Positions 19,082-29,947 are shown, counted from the first letter of the stretch. The stretch: DNA of 64,000 nt from Polyangiaceae bacterium (GCA_965222375.1 CBDCTZ010000016.1:320001-384000), one strand, 5' to 3'. Made by a program: numbers and translations. The notes: generated by a model from the letters alone, not told the origin.

Positions 19082-19813
19082 TCAGCACAGGAAGCAGTAG
19101 GGATAGTCCCAGAGCCCGCCGCAGTCGTTGACGCATTCGCTGTGGGTGAGCAGTTGGCCGCGGCAGAAGTGATAGGGCCCGCAGGTGCCTGGGCCCACGC
19201 TGCCCGTGCCGCTGCCGCTTTGGGGACTCGACATGCCTTCGGGCGCGTCTCCGCAGGGGCTGTAGACGCAGTCCGTGGGCGAGAGCTTTCGGCACACTCG
19301 CTCGAAGTTGTCTGCGGAGTTTTCCGCAAAGTTCTTGCTGCTTGCAGACATCGAACCCCAGTTGCGGTGGTCGTCCGCCAGGATGTGGTGCAACTCGTGG
19401 GCGAGGTTTTGGTCGATCTCAGTGCCCGATGCGGTGCTGCGCATCGCGATGATGCTCTGGCCGCCCGCGCCCACGCAGGCGAAGGAGTAGCGATCCGGTG
19501 CGCGCCCCGGCGGGAAGAAGTACACGTCGTTCTGGGCGACGAAGTCTTTGACCTCTTTGCACAGAGCCGTGGAGCGGAAGCGGATCCCGTTCTGAGTCGT
19601 GCTGTCCGGCTTGTAGATCCAGGACGGGCAATTGGCCTGCGCACCCCGAGTCCCGCGGCCTCCACCCACGATGTTCTCGTCGTAGACGCCGCGGGTCAGG
19701 CCGCTGGCCGTGGTGGCGACCGCTTCGCCGGGCTCTTCGTCGGTGTGGGCGGCGCAGCTCGAGGCGGTGATGGTGACCAGGCTTAGCAGGAACGCTGTTC
19801 GAAAAGTCTTCAT
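19082..19813 (-). CDS. Cys-rich lipoprotein with an HExxH motif
   Basis: Lipobox SSC; LAHELHH; Cys-rich tail. Confidence 0.6.
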   Translation of the reverse strand: MKTFRTAFLLSLVTITASSCAAHTDEEPGEAVATTASGLTRGVYDENIVGGGRGTRGAQANCPSWIYKPDSTTQNGIRFRSTALCKEVKDFVAQNDVYFFPPGRAPDRYSFACVGAGGQSIIAMRSTASGTEIDQNLAHELHHILADDHRNWGSMSASSKNFAENSADNFERVCRKLSPTDCVYSPCGDAPEGMSSPQSGSGTGSVGPGTCGPYHFCRGQLLTHSECVNDCGGLWDYPYCFLC

Positions 19814-20127
19814 GCCGCGTGCTACAGCAATTCATGGGCCAAGTTCAGTTCGTGGCGATCAAAAGCAGCGTCGTTGTTGGCCGTCGTGACGAGTCGTCCC
19901 CACGCGCACAATTAGGTCCGCGGGGGCCAGCGTCTGGATATCTTGGCTAATGGCGCTTCGACGAGGTGGTGCAAGACACGCCAGCAGCGGTGCACACAGC
20001 GTCGGCCTCGTCGCCGGTCACCATTGAATCGCATCTGACGCCCAAGTTGTTCGTGTAGCTGATTCGATTCGACGCGACGCTTCCGCGATGCCAAACGGGA
20101 GCTGAAGCCGCATTTCTTCGCTTTCCC

Positions 20128-21768
20128 TCACTTCAACGTTGGGACCGTGCCGTTCACGTATTCCTCGATGTTCGTGTAGCCGTCGCCGTCATCGTCGCTC
20201 GAGGCATCCGTCGCGTTGGCTGGGTCGAGGCCGTAGCGGGTTTCGAACTCGTCGGGCATGCCGTCGCCGTCTTGGTCGGCGCAGGGCGACCCCTTTGCCA
20301 ACGAGGGCACGCCTCCGAAGTCACTGGGGTCGTCGTGGTCCGTGTCCGCGCCACTGCCAGTTCCCTTCGTGGTGCGCTCGATGATCAGGGCATCCAGGAC
20401 ATCTCGGTTTGCGACCCAGTCGCCCGCGCAGGACACCCGCGCCGATGCGCCCGCTTCGGCGAGCACCGTTTGGTAGGCGTCGCTAGCGCTCTGCACGTTG
20501 ACCGCAACCGTCGGTGAAGCGGACGGACTGTTGCGAAACACCGACGCCGGCAGCTGCCCGTAGTCGGGTGCGCCATCGGTCTTGGTGCCGTCGTATCGGA
20601 ACAGCGAGTGCTGATCGCCAGTGCCCTTCGGCATGAGATGCGTGTGCACGTTGCCCGACGCGAACAGCACGTTGCTGCGCAGGGAGGCGCCTTGTAGATG
20701 GTGCAGGACGGGCTTGTCCTTTCGACTCCAGGGCCCGGTCTTCCAGTAGTTACCCACGAAGTCCACGCTTGGCATCTGCTCGGTGGTTTCGGCAGGTTGG
20801 CCTTTGTAGTTGTAGGTGACGTTGTTGATCACCTGCACCCGCTCGGAGGCGCCGCCAACCAGCGGATTGCGATGACTCTGCTCGGCCCACAGATTGTGGT
20901 GCACGCTCAGCTCGCTGAGATCGTAGTTCTCGGTGCCGCCGAGGAGCGAGCCGGTGCTGTGAGGAACGAGCCCCGCGGCGATGATGCTGTGCTGCAGCGT
21001 GACCTGTTTGATGTTGCTGGCGTTGCTGGCTTCCACGGTGCGGATCGTGAACACCTCGTCGTTGCCGAATTGCGCCGAGGTGTGGTCGAAGATGATCCGC
21101 TCACCGCCGTAGATGTTGACGACGTCGGAAGTGCCGCCCACGCCCTTGGACGAGCGAAAACGCAGGTAGCGCACGGCGACGTCTTTCGGGCCCGTGCGGT
21201 CGACGAGGAAGGCTGCACCTCCGGCATGCAGCTGCACGCCGCCTCCCGGCGCCGTCTGGCCGGCGATGTAGAGGCAGCCCTGGTTTGCCTTCACCTTGAC
21301 CGAACTCTTGATGGTGCCCGCGACAGCGAAGGTGACGATGGTGAGTCGCGCGGGATCAGCCTTCGCGATGGCGTCAGCGAGAGTTCCCGATCCAGACGAC
21401 GACAGACTGGTGACCTTGAGCACCTGCACATTGCTGCGATCGCACTTCGTCAGCGCCAGCGCGCCGTAGCCCTCTGCTTCCGGGAACGCGCGAAACGCGT
21501 TCAGCCCAGTTCCGCCCGCGGCGCCCGCGCTGCCACCTCCGCTTCCCGCGCTTCCCGCGGCTCCGCTGGTTCCGCCCGAACCCCCCGCTCCGCCCGTGGC
21601 GCTGCCCCCCGCGCCCGCGGCTCCCGCGAAGCCCGCTTGCCCGCCTCCCGCTCCCGAGCCCGCCGCCGCAATGTTGCCACCCGACCCCGCTAGCCCTCCC
21701 GAGTCGTCGCCGCACGCGACGGCGCCGAGTGCGAGTACCATGAGGACCGAGTGTCGATACGTGTTCAT
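20128..21768 (-). CDS. Pectate lyase (PL1-like) lipoprotein with C-terminal DxDGDG Ca-binding repeats
   Basis: AFPEAEGYG, VTSL..SG.GTL, IAGQTAPG.G, RYLRFR, IIFDH.S, HHNLWA...RNP, DGDGMPD.FE, DGDGYTNIEEY.NG. Confidence 0.88.
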   Translation of the reverse strand: MNTYRHSVLMVLALGAVACGDDSGGLAGSGGNIAAAGSGAGGGQAGFAGAAGAGGSATGGAGGSGGTSGAAGSAGSGGGSAGAAGGTGLNAFRAFPEAEGYGALALTKCDRSNVQVLKVTSLSSSGSGTLADAIAKADPARLTIVTFAVAGTIKSSVKVKANQGCLYIAGQTAPGGGVQLHAGGAAFLVDRTGPKDVAVRYLRFRSSKGVGGTSDVVNIYGGERIIFDHTSAQFGNDEVFTIRTVEASNASNIKQVTLQHSIIAAGLVPHSTGSLLGGTENYDLSELSVHHNLWAEQSHRNPLVGGASERVQVINNVTYNYKGQPAETTEQMPSVDFVGNYWKTGPWSRKDKPVLHHLQGASLRSNVLFASGNVHTHLMPKGTGDQHSLFRYDGTKTDGAPDYGQLPASVFRNSPSASPTVAVNVQSASDAYQTVLAEAGASARVSCAGDWVANRDVLDALIIERTTKGTGSGADTDHDDPSDFGGVPSLAKGSPCADQDGDGMPDEFETRYGLDPANATDASSDDDGDGYTNIEEYVNGTVPTLK

Positions 21769-22076
21769 TGCGTGCTCCGTTTTCTTCGTTGCGAGTTCAT
21801 GTCACCGGCCTTGTGCTTCGCCGGGTTGGTGTGGTGACGAGTTGATGCCGTGTGGCGGCGTTGGACCCAACGAGTTCACTCTCACTGCAAGGCACATGCC
21901 CCCGTCGTTTCCCCGCTGGTCGGCGTCCTTTCCGAAGCGGCCTGGTGCGGATAGTGCCCCCAGGGCCAATTAGGACCTGAGCGCACGGCTGCGTTCCGTA
22001 CGGGACGACTCGGCATTTGGGGAACGGCGTAAGGCAGCGAAAGCGTCGAGTTCGCCGGGTCTGCTAGGCTCGCTCA

Positions 22077-23045
22077 GTGCGCTCGCTCGCTGCAGCTTTC
22101 GTAGTGTGCCTTCTGTTCGCCGGGTGCCTGACCCAGCGGGACCGGGACCAATACGTCAGCGGAAACACCGGTGGCGCCGGCGTCGCTGGCGCGGCCGGAA
22201 GCGCGACGGGTGGTGATGCCGGCAGCGTGGCGGGCGCGGGCGGCACGGGCGCGGGCGGCACGGGCGCGACGGGAGGAACCCCGGCGGACAGCGGCACAGG
22301 TGGCACGGGCGGGACGGGCGGACAGGCCGGCGCGAGTGGTAGCGGCGGTTGGACCTATCGGGATCAGGTGCTCGTCGTCGACCAAGCGGTCTTCTATCTA
22401 CCCTTCGACGATGCGCCGGGAGGCAAACTCACTGTCTTTGGCAGCCAGGCATCGAGTGTCGGTCCCATCGATCTCGGCGGCGTGGTGTTGGAGACCGATA
22501 GCGCCATCGCCGATGGATCCCCGATCACTTCCGGACGCTTCGACGGCACGGATCAGCTCAGCGCGGGCACCAACTTCAACTACCAAGCGCAGCTGAATTT
22601 CAGCCTCGAAGCCTGGATCAAGCTCGACGACTACTCGCCGCCCCTGCAGCGCATTTTCCTGAAGAAGAACACCGACAACAACGGCTACGAGCTGCGCGCC
22701 TGGCAAAATGGCGGCGGCATCGACATTCACTTCTTCCGCCAGTGGGCTTGCGACGGCGGGCCGTGTCCCGACAACGTGAAGCTCGACGCGAGCCAATTCC
22801 CCGCCAAGAAGTGGCACCATGTCGTGGCCACCCATGGCAGTAGCGGCGTGTGCCTCTACGTGCGCGCCGTCGATGCGGCCGCGCCCGTCTTCGACTGCAA
22901 CAAAGCCAACGGCAGCTTGCCATCGGTGACGGAGCCCATGCTGTTCGGTTCGAAACTCACCGGGCTCCTCGACGAACTCGCCATCTACGACAAAGAGCTG
23001 TCGCAGGCGCAAATCACCGCGCACTTCAACGCGAAAACGAAGTAG
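22077..23045 (+). CDS. LamG / concanavalin A-like domain lipoprotein with Gly-rich linker
   Basis: FAGC lipobox; FSLEAWIK, WHHVVAT, G.LDELAIYDKELS. Confidence 0.85.
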   Translation: MRSLAAAFVVCLLFAGCLTQRDRDQYVSGNTGGAGVAGAAGSATGGDAGSVAGAGGTGAGGTGATGGTPADSGTGGTGGTGGQAGASGSGGWTYRDQVLVVDQAVFYLPFDDAPGGKLTVFGSQASSVGPIDLGGVVLETDSAIADGSPITSGRFDGTDQLSAGTNFNYQAQLNFSLEAWIKLDDYSPPLQRIFLKKNTDNNGYELRAWQNGGGIDIHFFRQWACDGGPCPDNVKLDASQFPAKKWHHVVATHGSSGVCLYVRAVDAAAPVFDCNKANGSLPSVTEPMLFGSKLTGLLDELAIYDKELSQAQITAHFNAKTK

Positions 23046-23054
23046 CTCCGCCCC

Positions 23055-23888
23055 TCAGAAACGCAGTCGCAATCGCGCGCTGGTCGGCCCAATACCCACC
23101 GCGACCTCTTCCGAGGGGCTCTGCAGAAAGTAGACGCCTACGGCGCTAGCGACGCCCGCAAGTCCAATGCCGAGCGCGATGTCGCCAATCAGGTACTTGG
23201 TGCCGAGGCTATCCACGTCCGCTTGGTCGCAGCGCGGCTTGCACTCATCCAGATCTTTTTCGTCCTGCGCCACGACGAGCGCCATTGCGCCAAAGCCGAT
23301 GAAGCCAGCGATCCCCACGCCGCCCAGCACGTAGGAAGCCGTCGGGATGCTGCGCCCGGGCGCCGCGTCCGCAGCCGGGTCCTTTCCGCCACCACCCGCG
23401 CTCGCTGCCACGGGCGTCTCCGTGAACGACACGCTGACCATGCGCGAGCGCTCTCCCTCCCGGACTTCGATCTGGCGCGTGATCTTCGGCTGGTCCTCGA
23501 TCTCCGCCACCACCATGTGCGCGCCGGGATCCAGCGAGATCTCCTTGCCGGGATCTTGCGCTTTGCCGTCCACGCTCACTCGCGCATCCGATAGCTCGCG
23601 ACCCGCCCGACGCACCGTGACGATGATGGTGGGCACGGACTTCTCCAGCTCGGCTTGCCACTGCCGGCACTCCTTGCGTACCGGCGCTGGACAAACCGGC
23701 ACCGCGCAGCTGCGGCTCAGCGAAAGCGCCTCGACCAATTTCTTCTCGACGGACTTCTGCTGCGCCTGCTCATGCGCCAGCACGCACTCCTCGATCTTGT
23801 CAGCATGCGCCGCAGCGGGCGTCAGCGATACCACTACCGCCGCGACCCGTCCCAGCCGCACAGCCCGACTCACTTGCGCAGACACCAC
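23055..23888 (-). CDS. PEGA-like domain exported protein
   Basis: Signal peptide; VSVDG, LDPG.H.V, C-terminal glycine-rich TM segments. Confidence 0.7.
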   Translation of the reverse strand: MVSAQVSRAVRLGRVAAVVVSLTPAAAHADKIEECVLAHEQAQQKSVEKKLVEALSLSRSCAVPVCPAPVRKECRQWQAELEKSVPTIIVTVRRAGRELSDARVSVDGKAQDPGKEISLDPGAHMVVAEIEDQPKITRQIEVREGERSRMVSVSFTETPVAASAGGGGKDPAADAAPGRSIPTASYVLGGVGIAGFIGFGAMALVVAQDEKDLDECKPRCDQADVDSLGTKYLIGDIALGIGLAGVASAVGVYFLQSPSEEVAVGIGPTSARLRLRF

Positions 23889-25318
23889 ACCTTATACTTC
23901 TTGACCCCCGTCTTCTTGTCGATCGAATACGGAGGATTGCACGGGTCCGGTTTGACCGTGGGCCTCCGGATTGGTTTTTTGGGACTGTCCGGCTTTGTAG
24001 CTCCCTGTAATGGCGCTGGCTCCGGAGCCGCAGTGGCCTGAGGTGTCGGCACGCTTCGAAAACCAGGATTGCGCGCAAGCGGAGTTCGCTGATGCCCGAG
24101 GCTTGGCTCAGCAGCCACACGCAGCCCAAGTACGACGAGCGTGGCCGTGACGGCGAGCAATGCTGCGGCGACGAGTGCCCAACGAAGCGGCGCAGAGCCG
24201 CGACGTTTGGGCGTCTCGCTGGAAACCGATAGCTGCGTGGGCTGCTCTGCCGCCATCGCCACGGGCGTGGGCGCATCGGGCTCTTCGGCGGGCAGGCGCA
24301 CCAGTTCGTTCAAGCGCGCAAGCTCTTGGCCTGCCACCGCGTCGGTCCACACCGCGAGTTGTTCCTGCGAAATTGGCGCGCACGCTGCACACAGCGCGCG
24401 CTCGAGCTCCGCTGCAGTCGCGTATCGCTGCTGCGGGTTGCGATCGAGACCCCGCATGATTGTCGCGTCCAGCTCGGGCGAGATCCCCGGTGCGAAGGCG
24501 CTCGGCGGATCGACGACTTTCGAGATCACCTCCGCGAACACTCCGGGGCCGCCACCACTGCGACTGAATAGCCGGCGTCCAGCGAGCAACTCCCAGAGCA
24601 CCACGGCGGAAGCGTAGACATCCACTTGTCGCGTGGCGGCTCCGCCCTGCAACACTTCCGGCGCCATGTAGCCCAGCTTGCCTTTGAGCTCCCCCGTGTT
24701 CGTGTTTTGACTGCGGTCCACGGCCTTGGCGATCCCGAAGTCGAGCACGCGAGCGACACCGTCGACGCCTAGCAAGATGTTCTGAGGCGATATGTCACGG
24801 TGAATCACCCCCAAGGCCGCGCCGGAATCGTCTTTCAGTTCGTGGGCCACATGCAAGCCGCGCAGCGCGCCGGTCATGATGGTGATGGCGTGGGCCGCGG
24901 GCAGCGGCGCCTTCAAGGAGCGCCTCAACTTGCTCAGGCTGACGCCATGAATGTACTCCATTACGATTGCAAGCTGTCCCGGCTCCGGCGTCAGCACATC
25001 GAGGGTCGAGACCACGTTTGGGTGTTGGATGTTCGCCGCCAGGCGCGCTTCGTCCGCGAGCATCGCCAGAAACTCTGGCTCGTGCGCGAAGTGGGGATGG
25101 AGCATTTTGAGGGCGACCCGCTTCGAAAACCCCCCTGGCCCCGTCAGCCGCGCCAGATAGACCGTCGCCATCCCGCCGCGCGCGATCTCGCCGACTACGC
25201 GGTAGCGACCCACGAGGGTGGGCAGCGTGCGGCTGCCCACATCGCCGGTACCGGCGCTCCCTGACGGCGATCCAGAAAGCGAAGACGAAGAAGACACGAG
25301 GCCCAAATCATAGCGCAC
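23870..25318 (-). CDS. Hanks-type Ser/Thr protein kinase with TM segment (start uncertain)
   Basis: RGGMATVY, VALK, HRDISPQN, DFG, YMAPE. Confidence 0.95.
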   Translation of the reverse strand: MRYDLGLVSSSSSLSGSPSGSAGTGDVGSRTLPTLVGRYRVVGEIARGGMATVYLARLTGPGGFSKRVALKMLHPHFAHEPEFLAMLADEARLAANIQHPNVVSTLDVLTPEPGQLAIVMEYIHGVSLSKLRRSLKAPLPAAHAITIMTGALRGLHVAHELKDDSGAALGVIHRDISPQNILLGVDGVARVLDFGIAKAVDRSQNTNTGELKGKLGYMAPEVLQGGAATRQVDVYASAVVLWELLAGRRLFSRSGGGPGVFAEVISKVVDPPSAFAPGISPELDATIMRGLDRNPQQRYATAAELERALCAACAPISQEQLAVWTDAVAGQELARLNELVRLPAEEPDAPTPVAMAAEQPTQLSVSSETPKRRGSAPLRWALVAAALLAVTATLVVLGLRVAAEPSLGHQRTPLARNPGFRSVPTPQATAAPEPAPLQGATKPDSPKKPIRRPTVKPDPCNPPYSIDKKTGVKKYKVWCLRK

Positions 25319-25424
25319 CGCGTGCGAACCGGGCGACTTGGCGGCGTCTTTGGCGGCGCGGCGAAGCGTTCGCGCGTGGGCGCCACGCTGGCTGACGGAG
25401 CAGCCGCGTGCTGGCGCCGAATTG

Positions 25425-26846
25425 TCAGCGCTTCCGAGGCCGGGGGATCCCGTACATGTCCATGCGTTTCATCAAGACCTTGCGCGTGATGCCGAGTTCC
25501 TTGGCTGCGCGGGTTTGGTTGCCTGCAGCAGCATCGAGGGCGGCTACGATCCGTGCCTTTTCGACATCACCCAGGGTCTGAGTCGGGCCCAGGGTCTGAG
25601 TTGAACCGGCGCTCTCGTGCGGCGGCGGTGGCCGCAGCGTCGCGCCGCCGAGGTCGGGAGCGGGGGTTGGCGGCAGTGGCCGTAGCGTCGTGCCGCCGAG
25701 GCTGGGCGCGGGGGTCGGCATGCCGGCAGCGCGAAAATCCTCCACGCTGATCTCCGGACCGGGCTGCAAGATCAACGCGCGCTCGACGATGTTTCGCAGC
25801 TCCCGGGCATTGCCGGGCCAGGGCAGCTGCTGCAGAGACCGTATTGCCTCTGGGGCGATGCGCGGAACGTTGCGGCAGTGAGATGCTGCGATCTGTTTGG
25901 CAAACGCGTTCAGCAACGCCGGTACGTCCTCTGGGCGATCCCGAAGCGGCGGAACCACTATGGGAAAGACGTTGATTCGGTAAAACAGATCTTGGCGAAA
26001 GCGGCCGGCGGCGATCTCTGCTTCCAGGTTCCGATGCGTGGCGGCAATGACTCGCACGTCGATGGGTGTCGGCTCTCGGGAACCCAGTCGGAGCACCGAA
26101 CGGGACTCGAGTACTCGCAGTAGCTTGGCCTGTAGGCCCACGGGTAGATCTCCGATCTCGTCCAGGAATACGGTTCCACCGTTCGCGGCTTCGAACAGGC
26201 CCTCGCGCCTCTTGTCAGCACCGGTGAAAGCGCCGCGCTCGTGGCCAAAGAGCTCACCCTCCAGCAGGTTCTCGGGCAGTGCGGCGCAGTTGAGGGGCAA
26301 GAAGGTCTTGGCAGCTCGTGGCGACCAAGCGTGTATGGCGCGCGCGAGTACATCCTTGCCAACGCCGGTTTCGCCGAGCAGCAGCGTCGTTGTATCGGAT
26401 TGGGCGACACGCTGCGCCACTGACAGCACCTGGACCATTGCTTTGCTCTCAGCGACGGGTGCGTCGTTGGAGCCGCGCTCGACGCTATCTTCATCAGCGG
26501 GAAGGACTACCAAGAACACGGAGCCCAGGCGAAACACCGCTCGCTCCGAAAGCCTCTCTGTGTTGCCGCGCTCCAGACGTCGGTCGCTGTCCAGCTTGTG
26601 CGTGGCGTCTTGGGTAGACGGGTCCGCGACGTCGCGGACGAATGTGCCGTTGGCGCTACCGAGATCTTCCAGCAGGACCTCGTGGTCCAGGCTGAGCCGC
26701 GCGTGGCGCCTGGAGACCGAGGGGTCCTCGAGCACGATATCGCATTCCGGCGCCCGCCCGAGGACAACGCTGCCCGCCCTAGGCAACGCCACATCGCGTG
26801 CTTGGTCGACAGTCAGAATTCGAAGCCGAAGGGCGCCTCGGGACAT
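25425..26846 (-). CDS. FHA-domain sigma-54 enhancer-binding protein with Fis HTH
   Basis: GR..CDI...SVSRRH...[44 protein letters not shown]. Confidence 0.95.
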   Translation of the reverse strand: MSRGALRLRILTVDQARDVALPRAGSVVLGRAPECDIVLEDPSVSRRHARLSLDHEVLLEDLGSANGTFVRDVADPSTQDATHKLDSDRRLERGNTERLSERAVFRLGSVFLVVLPADEDSVERGSNDAPVAESKAMVQVLSVAQRVAQSDTTTLLLGETGVGKDVLARAIHAWSPRAAKTFLPLNCAALPENLLEGELFGHERGAFTGADKRREGLFEAANGGTVFLDEIGDLPVGLQAKLLRVLESRSVLRLGSREPTPIDVRVIAATHRNLEAEIAAGRFRQDLFYRINVFPIVVPPLRDRPEDVPALLNAFAKQIAASHCRNVPRIAPEAIRSLQQLPWPGNARELRNIVERALILQPGPEISVEDFRAAGMPTPAPSLGGTTLRPLPPTPAPDLGGATLRPPPPHESAGSTQTLGPTQTLGDVEKARIVAALDAAAGNQTRAAKELGITRKVLMKRMDMYGIPRPRKR

Positions 26847-26917
26847 CGAGGATCGATATCACATCCGGCTTTAGCGAGCGCCTCCACCTCCGTCGCCCTC
26901 GCGGAAAGGCAAAGCTG

Positions 26918-27225
26918 GGGAAAGGCGGAAAGACAAAGACGGGCAACCCGACGGCGTGAATGGCGAAAAGACGAGGCGGGGAACGCGCGCGCGTGAATGG
27001 CGAAAAGACGAAGCGGGGAACCCGAGGGCGTGAATGGCGAAAAGACGAGGCGGGTAGCTGGACGGCGTGGATGGCGGAAAGACGAGGCGGGTAGCCGGAC
27101 GGCGTGAACGGCGGAAAGACGAGGCGGGTAACCCGAGGGCGTGAATGGCGAAAAGACGAAGCGGGGAACGCGCGCGCGTGAATGGCGAAAAGACCAAGGC
27201 GGGTAGCCCGACGGCGTGAATGGCG
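26918..27225. repeat. 37-nt tandem repeat, ~8 units
   Basis: GCGTGAATGGCGAAAAGACGAGGCGGG plus a variable 10 nt; units start at 26954, 26991, 27028, 27065, 27102, 27139, 27176, 27214. Confidence 0.92.
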
Positions 27226-27280
27226 CCGAGAAAGTGGGAAGCGGTTGCCAGCAGCCCTAGGGGCGAGGTCACGGGTTCGA

Positions 27281-27652
27281 CTAGACGTGTTGGTCGACGA
27301 GGATGGGGTTTCCGTCCGGGTCCACCGCGATGAAGCTTGCGGGTCCGGTGGTGGTCTCGTCGGCTTCGCTGACGAGAGTGACGCCGGCTGCCTTGAGTTG
27401 CTTCTGCAGCTCACGCACGTCAGTGAACTCCTCGACGTTTTCGGCGTTCTGGTTCCATCCAGGATTGAAGGTCAGGGTGTTCTTCTCGAACATGCCCTGG
27501 AACAGACCGATGACGCGGTCGCCGTTCTTCATGATCAGCCAGTTCTGGGAGGCGTCGCCACCCATCACGCTGAAGCCGAGCTTTTCGTAGAACGCCTTCG
27601 AGGCTGCGATGTCTTTGACGGCCAAGCTGATTGAAAACGCTCCGAGATCCAT
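27281..27652 (-). CDS. VOC/glyoxalase family protein
   Basis: [38 protein letters not shown]. Confidence 0.9.
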   Translation of the reverse strand: MDLGAFSISLAVKDIAASKAFYEKLGFSVMGGDASQNWLIMKNGDRVIGLFQGMFEKNTLTFNPGWNQNAENVEEFTDVRELQKQLKAAGVTLVSEADETTTGPASFIAVDPDGNPILVDQHV

Positions 27653-27768
27653 GGCAGTGTCTCCTTTGCGGCGCGCAGAGTGTCAGCACTCGCGCTTCAG
27701 CTCAAGTGGGGGCGACTAATATGCGCGGCTGTGTCAGGCTCGGGCCGCTCGTCGAGGGTGCAAGTGAC

Positions 27769-28281
27769 GTGAGACCGAAGAAGGGTGACGTTCTCTCCGA
27801 GGAAACGGAGGCGAAGATCAAGGCGCTGGCCGACAGCGCCGTGGCGGCGATGGACCGACAGGACTTCGTGCGGGCCAAGGGCGACGCGACGGCGGCGCTG
27901 GAGCTGTTTCCAGATCCCCTCGAGGGTTGGACGTCGTCCTTCTTGCTCAGCCTGATTGCCTTCGAGGCCGAAATGGGTCTGGGCAACCACCAGGTTGCAC
28001 GGGTGCTGGTGGAGCAAACTGCAGGTTGCACCGGCGCGGACCGGGCGACGGTGGCCGTGATGCGGGGCCGGGTGAAGCTCGAGCTAGGCGACGAACAAGG
28101 CGCCGCTGCCGAGTTTTTGCAAGGGCTTCTAAAGGGCGGCGCCGTCGAGTTCGAAGGCGTCGACCCCAAGTACTTCGCCTTTGCCGAAGAGCACCTCAAG
28201 CCTCCCGAGGGCTGCAAGAGTTGGAAGGACTTCGATCCGAAAACTGGAGCAGCGAAGAAGAAGTGGTGGCGGTTTTGGTAG
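27769..28281 (+). CDS. Hypothetical TPR-like protein (start uncertain)
   Basis: Helical repeats, F...DPKY motif, C-terminal KKKWWRFW. Confidence 0.6.
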   Translation: MRPKKGDVLSEETEAKIKALADSAVAAMDRQDFVRAKGDATAALELFPDPLEGWTSSFLLSLIAFEAEMGLGNHQVARVLVEQTAGCTGADRATVAVMRGRVKLELGDEQGAAAEFLQGLLKGGAVEFEGVDPKYFAFAEEHLKPPEGCKSWKDFDPKTGAAKKKWWRFW

Positions 28282-28447
28282 CTGAAGTTGCTATTCGCGG
28301 CACGGTCGCTGAACCCCTGTGAGCGGAGATGCGAGGACGTGTTGGTGGCGGTTTCATGACTGGGGGCGCCGCGGTGATGTCGCGGGCGTCAGCGAACCTG
28401 TCCCTGGGGCCGCCGTGCGGAGGCGCGCACGCGTTGCAGCCCGCCGT

Positions 28448-29188
28448 CTACAGTGAGATCTCGAAGCCATCGTGGGCGGCCTCGAGATCGAGATCGCCCA
28501 GTCGAGACAGCATGTCTTGGCTCATATGCGTGACCACGATGCGCTTGCAGTCGAACTGGGAGCGGTGCTGCATCAGCGTCGAATAGTCGAGGTGGAAGGG
28601 GACGCGCTTTTCGTAGAAGTAGGCCTCGCAAATGAAGAGATCGCACCCCGCGGCAGCCGTCAGCAGGCGATCCGTCCACTCTGTATCACCCGAGTAGGTG
28701 ACCACATGACCACTCGCCTCGACGCGTAGGGCGTAGGGCGGCGCACCACAGGCGTGTACGACCTCGTAAGGGGTCACGCCTAGCTCGCCAACCCTGGCGG
28801 TGACACCGTCGGCAAGCTCCTGGAACTCGACGGCGAACTTACGTTGCGCGCTGGACGAGCCGGGAAAGAAGACTTCCATCGCCTCGGTGACGCGAGCTTC
28901 GATGCCCGGGGGGCCAGCGATCTGAAGCGGCTTGTCGCGGCCTGAAAACTGGGCATCGACAATGACAAAGGGCAGGCCACCGAAATGGTCGCCGTGCAGA
29001 TGGCTGATCAGCACGGTGTCGATAGCGTTGGGATCTACTCCGGCTGCCTTGAGCGCAATCAGCGAAGAGGCTCCGCAGTCGATCAGGCACGAGCTGGAGT
29101 TGGCCTCGATCAAGATGCAGGTTTGAAAGCGCCCGCCGCTGCCGAAAGCGTCGCCGCTGCCCAAGAATCGAACCCGAACCTGTCCCAT
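28448..29188 (-). CDS. MBL-fold metallo-hydrolase (RNase Z-like)
   Basis: FLGSG, IDCG, SHLHGDHFGG, YSGDT, THM. Confidence 0.9.
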   Translation of the reverse strand: MGQVRVRFLGSGDAFGSGGRFQTCILIEANSSSCLIDCGASSLIALKAAGVDPNAIDTVLISHLHGDHFGGLPFVIVDAQFSGRDKPLQIAGPPGIEARVTEAMEVFFPGSSSAQRKFAVEFQELADGVTARVGELGVTPYEVVHACGAPPYALRVEASGHVVTYSGDTEWTDRLLTAAAGCDLFICEAYFYEKRVPFHLDYSTLMQHRSQFDCKRIVVTHMSQDMLSRLGDLDLEAAHDGFEISL

Positions 29189-29302
29189 CTTTCCAACGCT
29201 TTGGACTTCAGCGGCGCGTGACCGCCGACGGCCGGCGCCATGCTAGCACCAATCCAAGTCGGGATGCGTGCCCGTCGCTATAGTGCGTGGTAATCCCAGG
29301 GC

Positions 29303-29947
29303 ATGAACGGCTTCCCCAGCGCGGCTCGCGCGTGTTTCTTCTGCGTGGTGTTGGGCACAGCTGCGGGCTGCGGCGGTAAGAGCGAGAGTGTCGACCCGCC
29401 GGTCGATGCGGGAACGTCGGATGGGTCCGTCAAAGACGCGGCGCCTAGCGGTGACTGCGTGATTGCCGTGCGCACGGACGACTGCTGCACGGCGGCCGAA
29501 GCCGTGTCCGCTTCCGAGGTGGCCAAGGACCCGTGTTGGGAGCCCTACCGGCCGGAAAAGCTCGAACCCCAGTGCCTCGCGGCGCAGCCCAAGATGTGCG
29601 AACTGGTGGACTGCGACTACACGCCGCCAAAGAGCCGCGCGGTGCGACGCAACGCTGCGGGGCAGTGCGTGTTTGTCGACGAGTGCGCGACGGACCCCGA
29701 CTGCACCTTCGCTTTCGACTACGGTCGGTGCTGCGTCAACTGCACGGGCGAGATCTTGTCCAAGTCGCTGGTGGATCAAGACCCGTGTCTGTCCACGGAG
29801 CTACTGCCGGGTGCTGCACCCGCTGACTGCAAGACGCCGGATTGCTCGGACGTGGACTGCGCATCCTGCTTGCCGGAAAAGCCGGATCCGCGCTGCGTGT
29901 CGGATCCGGATCCGGGTTCGCTCAAGGTGTGCGTGCAGGGAACGTAA
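29303..29947 (+). CDS. Cys-rich lipoprotein
   Basis: AGC lipobox; two internal Cys-rich repeats (DC......CC...DPC). Confidence 0.7.
   Translation: MNGFPSAARACFFCVVLGTAAGCGGKSESVDPPVDAGTSDGSVKDAAPSGDCVIAVRTDDCCTAAEAVSASEVAKDPCWEPYRPEKLEPQCLAAQPKMCELVDCDYTPPKSRAVRRNAAGQCVFVDECATDPDCTFAFDYGRCCVNCTGEILSKSLVDQDPCLSTELLPGAAPADCKTPDCSDVDCASCLPEKPDPRCVSDPDPGSLKVCVQGT

Noticed and set aside
26918..27225. TIGR-like guide array
   Set aside because: Only one low-diversity variable segment per unit, no recognisable box C/D-like motifs, and no adjacent Nop-domain gene
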